DNA from: Lama guanicoe | Taxonomy: Eukaryota | Assembly (NCBI GenBank): GCA_013239625.1 | Contig: MU057069.1 | Location: forward strand, 1,918,018 to 1,982,017 | Length of the DNA: 64,000 nucleotides | Direction of reading: 5' to 3' | Shown: positions 1-10,956 of the stretch, piece after piece | How positions within the stretch are numbered: position 1 is the stretch's first letter | Layout of the letters: every line of letters begins with the position of its first letter | Position numbers and translations under genes: made by a program | The notes under the pieces: generated by a model | What the model saw: only the letters and a program-made list of their open reading frames with translations | Told to the model about the DNA's origin: nothing | The model's database searches: none

Positions 1-12
1 CTGTGGACGCAC

Positions 13-175
13 CGTATCCCGACACGGGGGTGCTCTCCGGGGACCGGTCCCCTAGTGCTTCTGTGGCTGCTTTCAGCTGCTCCTTCAGCCTGCTGATGTC
101 ACAGTCGGCCTTCGCCCTCACGATGCTCAGCTCCGTGTAGATGTCTTTATACTTGTCGCTGGCGTACTTCTTATC
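13..175 (-). CDS. MPRIP: MPRIP exon 22 (DKKYASDKYKDIYTELSIVRAKADCDISRLKEQLKAATEALGDRSPESTPVSGY), C-terminal coiled coil
   Basis: Acceptor CCAAG|GAT, donor TACG|GTGCGT; 163 nt, phase 0 to 1. Confidence 0.95.
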
Positions 176-758
176 CTTGGGGAACAAGGACAGAGCAAAG
201 CACGGTTCCAGCCTGGCCTTGTGGCCCGCTTCCTGGAGCCGGGGTGCTGCTGCGGGAAGACTGGGACCGCCTTGGAGCAGGGAAGGCAGGTCGGCCCCGA
301 GCTTCCAGAGGTGAAACCGGACCCGAAGTAAAACAGGCACAGCTGAGGGTCTCCGTCTGAACCAGGCACGGCAGGGCCCCGGCTGCCGGCCAGGCTGCAG
401 CTGTCCTGACCCCCAAGGACCTCTCTGTGGCTTCAGCTGGGAAGACCCCTCTCTGTTCTGGGTCTCCCTAAGGCACTGAACGGCCCCCTGGGACTTCTCC
501 CTGACTCTAAGAGCGCCTGCAGGATACTGGCAGGCCTGACGGAACGTACTTCCCGGACAGCCTTCTCGGGTCTCACCGCCCCACCTGGGCACACGGGCCG
601 CAAGGCAGTGGGCTCCTCATTCTCACTGCACCTGCCTGCAGGCTGGCGTTCTCTTAGAACTCGGTTTTGAAACCACCTTCTTGGGGAAAGCCCACCAGCC
701 CGCACTAACAGGGACGCCAGAACCCACCCTCCAGCCCCCCACGGGGCTGTGCCGTTAC

Positions 759-845
759 CCGCAATGCCGTCTGCAGCTCATCCTTGAGGGAGCTGATCTC
801 CTGTTTCAGGTACTGTATTTCTGACTCCTTGACCCGCAGTAAGAC
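759..845 (-). CDS. MPRIP: MPRIP exon 21 (VLLRVKESEIQYLKQEISSLKDELQTALR)
   Basis: Acceptor TTCTAG|GTC, donor CGG|GTAACG; 87 nt, phase 0/0. Confidence 0.96.
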
Positions 846-1488
846 CTAGAATGAGAGAAGCCAGGAACAGAGGGACTTCCAGAGCTGGGAGGCAAAGACG
901 GGCACACAGAGAGCTCCCCTCCGCGCCAGCGAGCTGGTAGCTTCCTTCCCAGCGTCGCCAGCACACAGCCAGGAGGGCCGGCCACCCGACCGCTGCCGCC
1001 ACCCACAGTGCAGACCCCACACAAAGAGGACAGGAGAGAAACCGCTGCGAGTCCTCCTGGACCTCCTCAGGCTGGAGGTGTCCTGCTGAGGCCTCAGCTC
1101 AGCCTCTCCCACATCATTTAGGTGGGATACGGTATTTTCATGACAGAATTTTAATTGAATGGGGAGAAATCTAAGTGCTTTTATAAAAGGACACTTTATG
1201 GACACAGAAAAACCAAACATCCTGACTTAAAACAGACCTCCCAGATCCTGAGTTAACAGGGCACCACGGGATTGCGAGCAGCTGCAGTGTTTGGATAGTT
1301 ACTGAATGTTTTATCTCAGGCAGTCAGTTTGTCGGCGGGGAGAAGTGGGAGAAAGGCAGGTGAGCGAGAACGGGGTTAAAGGGCCCCACACCGCTGTCCT
1401 GGTGTGATCTGGACCTTCCCGTTCCTCCCCTCCCACTGGCTGAGTCTTGTCCCTGCAGTGCTGTCCCCACGTTCGGTCTGAGCGGTAC

Positions 1489-1608
1489 CTCTAACTCGTA
1501 GGCGTCCTTGCCCTGTGTGAGAGGCGAGCCAGCGGCCTCACTACCGGCGTCCCCAGTCAGCAGCGTCCGTAACCGTGAGATCTCTGCAGCCAGACGGTTG
1601 TTCAGCTC
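1489..1608 (-). CDS. MPRIP: MPRIP exon 20 (ELNNRLAAEISRLRTLLTGDAGSEAAGSPLTQGKDAYELE)
   Basis: Acceptor CCCCAG|GAG, donor GAG|GTACCG; 120 nt, phase 0/0; lies within ORF 1324..1719. Confidence 0.96.
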
Positions 1609-2484
1609 CTGGGGGCAGCAACATAACCAAAAGGGATGGGGCTGGGGTTGTGCACGAGCACGGAAGCACAGTGGCAGCTTGGATTTAAATGCCAAGCTGT
1701 GCGTCTTTGCAAAAGCCATTTACATGGGCTCCAAGTTTTTACAGACTTGTATATGTAGGCTTCCACAATCCTTAGTACTTTCTGTGACCATAACGGTTGG
1801 TCTGTCCGCTTTGAGCAGGACTGGGCCCTACTGCCACAATCACCACTCACTTCTTGGACCTTCTTTCCAACTGACAGTGGTCAACTCAGGCCACTGCAGT
1901 GACTAAGGGGAGCCAGTCCTGCCGGAGGCCCCCACATGGAAAGCTGTGGGCCCAGAGGCCTGCAGCCAGGCCAACACGCCTGTCTCCTTGAGGCCCGGGG
2001 AGGATGAGTGAGTGGGTGGGTTGTGTGGACAATGGTCCCATCTTGTGCCCAAGGAGCAGCTTCTCTCAAACTAAACCTGCCTCTAGCTGTTCCATTTGCC
2101 AGGATTTAAAATGTTACCCCAGTTTTCTAAGGAGCAGGTACATTTTAAGAGAATAATCAGATAAAAACTAATGTGAGCAGTATATGGTCTAGACTGGGAG
2201 GTGTTTAAACACAGTCCCAGCCTGGAGACGGGAGACAGGCTGACCCCACCCAGCAGCAATGGAGGAGAAGTTCAGAGATGCGATGTAAGAGAGAGACTCC
2301 CAGGGTCTCCAGAAGGGCTGGAGCCAAGTGTCCCCAAAGGGCAGCAGCTGGCTCACGTAGGAATGGGATGACATCAGACACTGGGGAGATGCCTGCAGAC
2401 TGGGGGACCCTCCGCAGCCCGGGTTCCAGGGGTGACCTTGAAGGAGGCCTGGCTCCACCCCAGCTGGCCCGGCCACAGCCTCAC

Positions 2485-2644
2485 CTGATTGTGGGCGTTG
2501 AGCTCCTGGTTCTCGCGCTGGCACTGCCGCAAGGCCTGCCGCTCGGCCTCCAGCGCCTGGGCCAGGTGGGCATTCTCCAGGCACTTCTGGGAGTACTGCT
2601 CGGAGAGGACCTCTAGCTCGCGCTGCACCGACTGCAGTTCCTCC
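2485..2644 (-). CDS. MPRIP: MPRIP exon 19 (EELQSVQRELEVLSEQYSQKCLENAHLAQALEAERQALRQCQRENQELNAHNQ)
   Basis: Acceptor CCCCAG|G, donor CAG|GTGAGG; 160 nt, phase 2 to 0. Confidence 0.97.
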
Positions 2645-3563
2645 CTGGGGAGAGGGCAGCACTCACTCCCCTGCCCTCGCCCAGGGCCCAGGCCTCTAAG
2701 AGGCTCAGCAGCCTAAGGTTTGTTGTCTTAGCGAGCGCATGCTCAGCTGAATAGGAGCCTCTCTCAAGAAGTTTAATTGTCCCACAGACAAAACTTTCCT
2801 CTGGGGTCAGGAGAGGCCTCACGCACACACACGCCAAAGCAAGTGCTGTTTCAGGGAGAAGCTGGACTTGCAGTCTGTCCTCGGCACTAAGTGTGGGGCC
2901 TCTGGGTCTGAAAGCCCAGTACCAGACTCTGCCCATGTTTGGAAAATCAAAACCTTACAACGTTGTTCTCGGCCACCCTGGACTCCTTGAGAAGGGCTGT
3001 TACTCCTACTGGGGATCCCAGAGTGAGTGCCTCAGGGCAAGTCGTCCAGGCCCTGCACACCTGTCACCCCTCCAGCCCTCCTGGGCCCTGACCACACCAA
3101 ACAGGAGCCGGGAAGGTGAGACCCTGATTCTGCGAGGCTGCGGACCCCCTGAGACGCTGGCTCGGCAGGGCCTGGCAGCAGCCAGTCCAAGGGCTCCCTG
3201 TGGCGCAGATTCTATGGAGGGAAAACCTCGAGGGCGGCCATGCTGGAATCTGCTCTCCACTCTCCTGGCTGCGCAAGGGCCCTCAGTGCACGTGCTTTCT
3301 CAAAAATGGAGCAACTGCGGCCGCCTCTGCCAGGCATGGCCCGGAGCCACAGTGCGCACACGAGGCCCGTGCCCTCCTCACGAGCTGCAGCAGCTGATGG
3401 CGACATTCCAGGGGTGGCCGCTGAGATCGGTCAAGAATGGACAGTATTTATAAAATTTCCTTTGCTGCCTCTTATTCTCTGGCTTTTAGTGGTTGGCCTC
3501 TGCCTGCCTGCATGAGCAGGAGAGTGCAGTGCTCGGGCCCGCTGTGGCGGGCCGCCAACTCAC

Positions 3564-3681
3564 AGGTACTGCCGCCGTAGGGCCTCGACGTCCGAGCTGA
3601 CGCTGCTGACCCGGGACCGCTGGCTCTTCTCCAGCTCCCGCTCCAGCTCCTCACGGTGGGCATTCTTCATGGCTTCAATGG
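3564..3681 (-). CDS. MPRIP: MPRIP exon 18 (AIEAMKNAHREELERELEKSQRSRVSSVSSDVEALRRQYL)
   Basis: Acceptor CCACAG|CC, donor CT|GTGAGT; 118 nt, phase 1 to 2. Confidence 0.97.
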
Positions 3682-4330
3682 CTGTGGACGGGACACAGCT
3701 GTCAGCACCAGGGCTTGAGGGGAAGACCGACAGGAAGGTAGGGCGCCGCCTCAGTGCGCAGTCCATCACTGTTTAGGCCGGGAGGATTCCCAGGGCACTC
3801 CCCGCAAAAGGGATGCAGGTGTGTTTTTTTGGATGTGAAAAAACCAAACTGATGAAATAAAAGTCAATAAAATTCAAGTATGAGTTTATAAATAAACAAG
3901 CAGGCTTTCAGGTTGGCCTTTTTCCTTTCTTGGGACTAAACCCACAAGCCACTGTGGAGCAGCCCCGAGGGAGGGACGCAGGCCCTCGCCAGGGAGAAGC
4001 CATGGGGGCCCTGCCATGCTGGGCGCTGTGGGCACAGGTGACAGGCGTCTGTCCAAGAGATGCCCACGGAGAGGCTGACAGGGCTGGGGGCAGCCCCACA
4101 CAGGAACCGGGGTGTGCAGGTGGCCACAGGGAGCTATGCTGGCTCTGGGGTGGCAAGCTCTCGAAGGGGTCCTGAGACCACACTTTTCCCAAGAGGCCGT
4201 CCAAGAGCTCTCCTGGGCGACCAGGCTTACCCCTCACAGGAGGCCGTGCGAAGGCCGCTCCCCACTTGGAGCTGCACACTCAGCTCAGGAAGGGTCGAGT
4301 GGTTCACCTGCTGCCGGGCCCAGCGCCTAC

Positions 4331-4478
4331 CTGAGATGGTGGCCGCGGTCTCCTCGGCCAGGAGGCGGTCCTTCTCCTCCCTCAGTTTCTCCAGTTCCCG
4401 CTGGTGCTGCCTCTGAAGGTCTTCAATCTTCTTCTGGTGCGTTTCCTCCATGGCTGCAAACCCTCGCTCACACGTGGC
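4331..4478 (-). CDS. MPRIP: MPRIP exon 17 ([49 protein letters not shown])
   Basis: Acceptor TTGCAG|GCC, donor TCAG|GTAGGC; 148 nt, phase 0 to 1. Confidence 0.97.
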
Positions 4479-7184
4479 CTGCAAGGTGCACAGGGGGCTT
4501 TACTGATTTTTCCTCATCTCTGAGTTGGGCTTAATCTAATCAATTGTTTGATGAACAAACTGCGGCCCTGCCCCTCCAGGCTCCTGGCACAGAGAACACG
4601 CTCTCTAGAGCAGAGCACCATGCCAGCGGGGCCGCTGACGGCTGTCTGGGGACTCACTGGTGCCCCGTGCATTTTATTCTCAGCGCATTTACACCATGTA
4701 TTCTGCCTGATTTCTGTGGTGGTTCGGAATCCCTTCTCTCTGTGGGAGGGGTGGGTACTGTGGGTAGGAAGAGGCTGCAGTGGAATTTAAAGCAGTCCAT
4801 CCTGGGCCTTTAAGGAACTGCCGACAGGCAGGACTGGCAGGAGGGGCAGAGGGAGCGAGCGTTCAGGGGCTGGCCGCGGTGGTCTGCGTGACACAGCCAG
4901 ACACACTCAGCACCATCACAGCTGGGGCACCAACAACAGTCTGTCAGCCACGGGGAGACAAGGCCATCTTGTGAATGAGGGGTCACCCCGGGAGAGCTCG
5001 GCGGGGCGGCCCTGCCACTGGCCAGCTGCCACCTCACTGGTGTCCACAGGGAATTAGACACCATGACTCCTTCAAAAGGAAAAGGAAGGAGTCACAAAGA
5101 GGGGCACTGATAAATCAGCACCTCCACTAACTGCACTGACACAACAGAAGAGTGGCCGGTCAAACTGTCTGTGCCTGCTACCACCTAGACTGCTTGCTAC
5201 CTAGACTTGAGTGTGGGGGAGGACGCAGGCACGCCCTAAGGCATCCGACCATCCCACATGTCCCACTGGGCTGCCCAGGCCTGGCTCATCAGACTCGGGT
5301 CTGATCAACAGAGCAGGTGAGCTCGCCACACAGCCATGGGGCGTGGCATGTGCAGCTGTTTTGTGCATGGAGGCATACTTCCTGCCTAAAACCCTTGCAA
5401 GATCTGTTTCAGAATAGGATCAGGCCTTTCAGGGATTTTAAAGCTCTGGAAGAATGTGGCCGTTTTAATTCCAAATGTATGTCCTCCCCGCCCCAATTCC
5501 TATACTGTCTGGTCCATCATCTTGTACATGAATTCAAGAAAGGATACCAAGAAATCCAATCCCCGTGTGCAGGCCTCTTTGAGGCTTTTCTGAGACTCTC
5601 CAGGCAGTGTGTCAAACTCACGGTCAGAGCCTGGACCCTGCGCAGACCTGCTGCACTGGGGACAAGGTCTTAACGGCTGTCCTTCCCCTGGCGGCTCCGT
5701 ATGGAGTCTGGCCATCTCCCCCCACCGCCCTTCCAGCCAGGAGAGCTGGGTGGGCTCTGGAGCTGCCTCCTGCACTCTTTGCTTCAACACGGTTTCTTAG
5801 CTAACACACAGCCAAGAGGTCCTAAGACTCTTAGTTTGATTTGAACACTTTAGACTATTTACAGATTAAGATCAAAATTCTTGCTACAGAAACTCTAAGG
5901 TGTCTTTAAAGACTGGCTGCTTCCTTGGAGAGCATATGTGTTTAAAAAAACAATTGCTCTATAAACAAATCTTAAGTAATCCCAGGAACCGATAAAAGTT
6001 CCTCCATGATCACTGCCCAGAGTCGTAAGGGAAGGCCCCAGCCTGCAGCTATTAGCTGAGGGCCCTCTGGCCAAGACCCTGGTCTCCTTGACCTGGGCAA
6101 AACTCTGCACAAGTGACAGCTGTCACGTAGGCCCACTAAGGGAGCTGTCTGGTTGTGATTTTTGCGTGTGTCCTGGGGGAGACAAGAACAAGCACGGGCC
6201 TGAGATGGAGGATGCACAGAACCAGCAGCATACAAGCCCCCAGCCCGCATCGCCGCTGGGGCACAGCCTGCGCCCTGCGTTGGCACAGGGGGGTTTCTTC
6301 TCCCCCGCCCCGGTGTGAGCTGCCCATCTGGGCCCTGACAGAGCTGCCTCCTGTGCAGACCTGCTGGGAGGTGGAAAGTTGCTGGGAGTTACTCTCAAAG
6401 GCAGCTGGTGCTCTGAAGGCTACGCTCAGGTGCTGCCCGCTGGAGGCACTGAGCTGCATTTTGGGAACAGCCCTTAAGCTTCCTCGTGATTCATGGTACT
6501 TTTCAAAAGGTTTGACTGGCTCAGGAAAAAAGCAGTGAAAGCGGCCTCAGGGCCCAGCACAGCCCTGCGCTGGGGCATCCCGGGCCGCCACAGCAGCTCG
6601 GGGGTGGCAGGAGAGGCACAGTGGCCCCCTGCACCCGGCGCTGGCTCTGCACGCCTGAGGCCTGACTTGAGGTGGAGGGCACATGAGGCCCAGGAACGTC
6701 ACCTGTGCGAGCCGGGGCCTGGGGGCCCTGCCTATAACGCAGGGGGATGTGAAACAGGAAAGGTCACGTCTCCAAACTCCCGAGAAAGTGAGGCTGTGCT
6801 CACTCGGAAGAAAAGCCACTGCCACACAGAGAAGCACCCCCTCGACGCCAGTCCCCCAGAGCTGGGGTGGGGGAGTGATCCTCAACACTATCTTGCAAAT
6901 ACTCCCGTCCTCTGGGAACCCAGCTCTGCTGTCCTAGGACATTAGGGGGAGGGGCCCCCTCCTGAGGTCCAGCTCTGCACAGCCTGGAGAGGGGCGCAGA
7001 GTAGGGAGGCTACAGGCCCCGCAAAGAGACCCCACCACAGCCAGCCAGAGGCCAAGGGAAGAACAGAATGTCAACTCCTGTTCAGTGACTCAGAGCCCAG
7101 AACGCGCTCTCAGCCCCGCCCGAGGGCCAGATGCACCAGACACCCCCCGCCCCTCAGCCCTGACCACTCGCTCTGCTTCGAAAC

Positions 7185-10100
7185 CTTGAGGCTCTCAAAG
7201 TCCCTCTGGTGCTCCTCCTGCAGCAAGGCTGCGCTGCCCGCCAGACCCCTGTGCTCCAGCTCCTCCCGCAGGACGTCCACCTGGGCCTCCAGCTCCTGGA
7301 TGCGTGCTCTCAGCCCCATCACGGAGTCGGCCTCCCCCTCGGTGGGCCGGCTGCAGGAGGGGGCCTGGTGGGGGCTGCTCGGGGGGCCGGGGGCCGGCGG
7401 GGCTGCAGGGGGCTGTCCCTGGTAGTGGTGGAGGGTCTCTTGCAGGCACTGCAGGGTCTGTGAGTAGTGCTCCTGAAGGGCCCTCAGCTCCTCCTGGTGG
7501 ATTGTCTGCAGCTCTTTGATCTTGAGCTGGAACCTGTCCTCCAGTGTCTGCATCTGCTCCACGTGGTGCCTCTCCAGGTCCTGCCTGTCTCTGACGGAGG
7601 CGTGCAGCTGGCTCAGGACACTGCTGTGCTCGGCCTCCTCCAGCACACACTGCATCTCCCCCTCGTGCCCCCTCTGCAGGGCAGACAGGTGCTTGCCCTC
7701 CACTTCCTCCAGGCACTTCTGCTGATGGCCCAGCTGGGTGACCTTGGACTTGAGCTCTGCGTTCTCCTTTTCTATGACGGCAATCGCGTCCAGGTACTCA
7801 CTCTTCTGCTTCCGGAGAAGCTCCTCATACTCCTCCCTCAGGGCCCCGACAGCCAGCTCTTGCTCCTGGCAGGAGGCCCCCCCACCTGGCCAGGACTCCC
7901 TGCAACCCCGGAGCTCCTTTTCATACTCCAGCCGGATCCTGCAGGCTGCATAGCACACCTGAGCCTGAACAATCGCATCTTGAACTAATAAGGATGAATA
8001 CTGACTGAGGCCTCCCAAGCAAGCGTCCTGAGAGAGGTTCCGGGATGCCTGGAGGAGCTGCTGACAGTCCCTCAGTGGCTCCGCGGAAGGGAGCGAGGTT
8101 AAGGCGGCAGAGATCTCCCCTAGGAGGCTGGCCTTGTCTTTAAGCTGCAGGGCGAGCTCCTCCTGAACAGCAACGAGGGCCCCCGGGCTCTGGCTGGACA
8201 AGGGGAAGAGCTCCTGGGAGCCCCCCGTGTCCTGACAGCTCAGTACTTGCGCTGGGCTCAAGCCCCAGGATGCCTGTACCCCGTCTCCAGCGCCTGCTAG
8301 AGGCTCGAGGGCTTCCGAGACCTGCTGCATCACTCTCTCGAAGTCGGGGGTTTGGTAGGCTCCCAAGATGTCCCCCAGCAGACGCTTGTGCTGCTGCAGG
8401 GCTGCCTGGGTCCCCTGCAAGGTCTCCTGGACACTCTGCAACCTGCGTTGGAGGGCCTCCCTCACCGAGTGCATGGCGAAGCTGAGCTCTGCCCTGACCC
8501 ACGTGGCATCGGCCAGGGTGGGGCCCAGGCCCGGCGGGGGGCTCTGCTGCCCGCCACCTGAGGTGCGGGCTGCCTCCCCACCCAGCATCTCCAGGTGTTC
8601 GCGCAGGGACTCCACCTGGCTCCAGAACTCTCCGTCCACCAGCACCTTCTTGGCCCAGGCGTCTGCCGGGGCCCTGGGCCACCCTGCGCCACTTTCAGAG
8701 TCCAGCAGCACCTTCCTCGACTGAGAAACCTCAGAGAGGACGTGCGCGACATCCGAGGTCGTGCGCTTCACGGACTCCGCTATTTGGCCGATGAGCGCGG
8801 CTTCCAGAGCCATCTGGTCAGAAAGCAGCTTGAGCTGCTCCTGCTCGCTCAGCTCCGGCAGGCGGGGCGGCTGCGGTGCAGCTGCGGGCCCCTCCTCCTC
8901 CCGCTGTGTGTGCCCAAGGGCCTGGATGGCGCTGACGAGCAAGCTCTCCACGCTGGCCAGGGGCCCCGCCCCCGCTGCCCCGGCCTCCACCTCCGGGACG
9001 GCTCCCGGCAGAGACCGCAGCCGTTCCCGGCAGCTTTCCAGACAAGCCAGTGCCTGGCTGTTTTTCACCTGGAAGCCACCAAGCTCCCCGACGTGGTCTT
9101 CTACCACTCTGGCCCTGGCCTGTCTCTCCTGCTCCAGCTGGGAGGCCAGCACCCCGACTTGAAGCAGGCTGGCGCGGAGCTGCTCGCGGAGCCCTGCCTC
9201 GGTGCCGGCCCACTGCTGGTGCAGCGCGAGCAGGGCCTCCTGGCTCTGGCCCTGCTGGCTCTCCAGCCTCACCGTCACATCCTTGAGCTTCTCCTCCGTG
9301 ACGTAGAGCTTGGTCTCCAAGGAGTGGATTATGGACAGGTAGGTGTCTGCGTCGCTGGTCGCAGGGAGCGAGCCAGGGGTGGCCTCTGACGACATGCTTT
9401 CCTCCGAGGGTGACCGGTCCTGACTGGTGTCGGAGGACGTGCTGCTGGTCCAGATCTTCTCGGACCCCTCGGGGTGGGTGTATTTTTGACACTGGATGGT
9501 GGAGAACCGGATTCTTTGCCTCTTAATGCCAGGTGCACCCTGGCTGGGCTTTGAGGTGCTTTGCAGGGTCCCCTCCCTATCAGGCGCTCCCAACTTTGGG
9601 GGCTCCATGCCCTCTCCTCTCCGGGGGCTGCTGTCCCCCTGTTCCTCCCCCAGGGCAGCCCCTGGGTCTTCCTCGAGCCTCAAGTGTGAGAAGCCCGGAG
9701 GGGTGCTGGCAGCCTGGGCCTGCGGGCCCAAGAGCGAGATGCCGGCCGCCTCTGCTTCCCCGACGGCGCTCCGCGGCTCGCCTGCCACCTCTGGAGATGC
9801 CTTTGCCGATTTCCTGAAAACCTCTTCCCTTCCCTGGAGCTTCATCTCCGTTCCCTCTGAGCTGCTCCCCAAGGCCTCCTGCAGGCTCTCCTTCTCCTGC
9901 AGCGCCTTCTCATGCACGGCCTTTATGTGCCTCAGCTCCTCCTCCTTCTCCTGCAGGCGAGCGTGCAGGCCCTGCAGCTGGCCGGCCGCCCGCCTGTAGG
10001 ACAGCTCCAGGCGCTGGTAGTCGGCCTCCCTCCCCCGCAGCCTCTCCCGAAGAGCAGCCACGTCCCCATCAGACAGGGTGACACGGTCCATCAGCTCTTG

Positions 10101-10925
10101 GAAGCGCTGCCGGACCAGGTCCCGCTCATCCCGGAGGCCCTGGACGTGTGCGGCCAGTTCCTGCAGGCTGGCCTCCTTCTCCTCCAGCTGCTCCTCCAGC
10201 CGCTGCACTGCCTCACTGCCCTCAGCCTTGGCACTCAGCTTCTCCTGGTGGAGGACCTCCAGCTGCTGCTCGTGGCCCTGGAGCCGGTCCTCGAGGGCGC
10301 TGGCCCTGTCCTCTGCCTCCTTCAGGCTTCGCAGTAGCCCCTGCTTCTCCTCGGCACAGCTCCCCAGCAGCAGCTCATAGTTCCGCTGCAGCTGCTCCTC
10401 CATCAGCCTCTGGGCCTGCTCGCTGGTGCTGAGCTGCTGGCTGAGGTCGGCGATGCGCTCCTGCAGCCTCTGCACCTCCTTCTGCCGGTCCCGCTGCAGC
10501 GCCCGCTGCCTCTCCAGGTCCCGCAGCTCCTGTGTCCTCTCCAGCAGCAGGGCCTCCGCACGCTGCAGCTTCTGCTCACTGGCCTGCAGCTGGGCGCCGA
10601 GCGCAGCCTCGCTGTGCTGCCGCTCCTCCAGCTGCTCACGCACCCTGTCTTTCTCCAGCTTCAGCTCGCCCTTGAGCTTGGCCAGCGCCTGCTCCTTGAC
10701 AGTGAGCTCGGCCGCAGTGTTGCTAAGCCTCGCCTGGAGGCTCTGGATCTCGGCCTCGTGGTGCCGGACCGCATCCTTGGCCTCCCCATAGCTGTGCTTC
10801 AGGGCCTGGATCTGCTGCGTGATCAGCTCCTGGCGCTGGCACTGGGCCTCCAGCTCGCTGTGGAGATCCTGGTTGACTCTGTGGAGCCTCTGCCAGGCGC
10901 TGGACGGGGAGGTGGCCACTTCAGT
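7185..10925 (-). CDS. MPRIP: MPRIP giant alternative exon 16 (3741 nt, 1247 aa; TEVATSPSSAWQ...QEEHQRDFESLK): coiled coil, disordered linker and helical region
   Basis: Uninterrupted ORF 7110..10919 with E/Q/L/R-rich coiled-coil composition. Acceptor TTTTTTTAAG|ACT with TACTAAC upstream; donor AAG|GTTTCG. Phase 0/0 between two phase-0 junctions, so it can be skipped in frame. Confidence 0.9.
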
Positions 10926-10949
10926 CTTAAAAAAACCGATTAAACACTG

Positions 10950-10956
10950 GTTAGTA
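10950..10956 (-). promoter_or_regulatory. Perfect TACTAAC branch point (also a QKI/SF1 ACUAAC motif) for the giant exon
   Basis: The + strand reads gttagta; the branch A is about 25 nt upstream of the AG at 10926-10927. Confidence 0.75.

Noticed and set aside
5064-5094. 10-bp perfect inverted repeat TGACTCCTTC/GAAGGAGTCA with an 11-nt loop
   Set aside because: About one such stem is expected by chance in 64 kb. It is too short for a pre-miRNA and there is no other support.
7110-10919. 1269-aa ORF as a standalone intronless gene
   Set aside because: It starts at GTG six nt inside a clear acceptor and is flanked by in-phase MPRIP exons. It is better explained as an internal exon.
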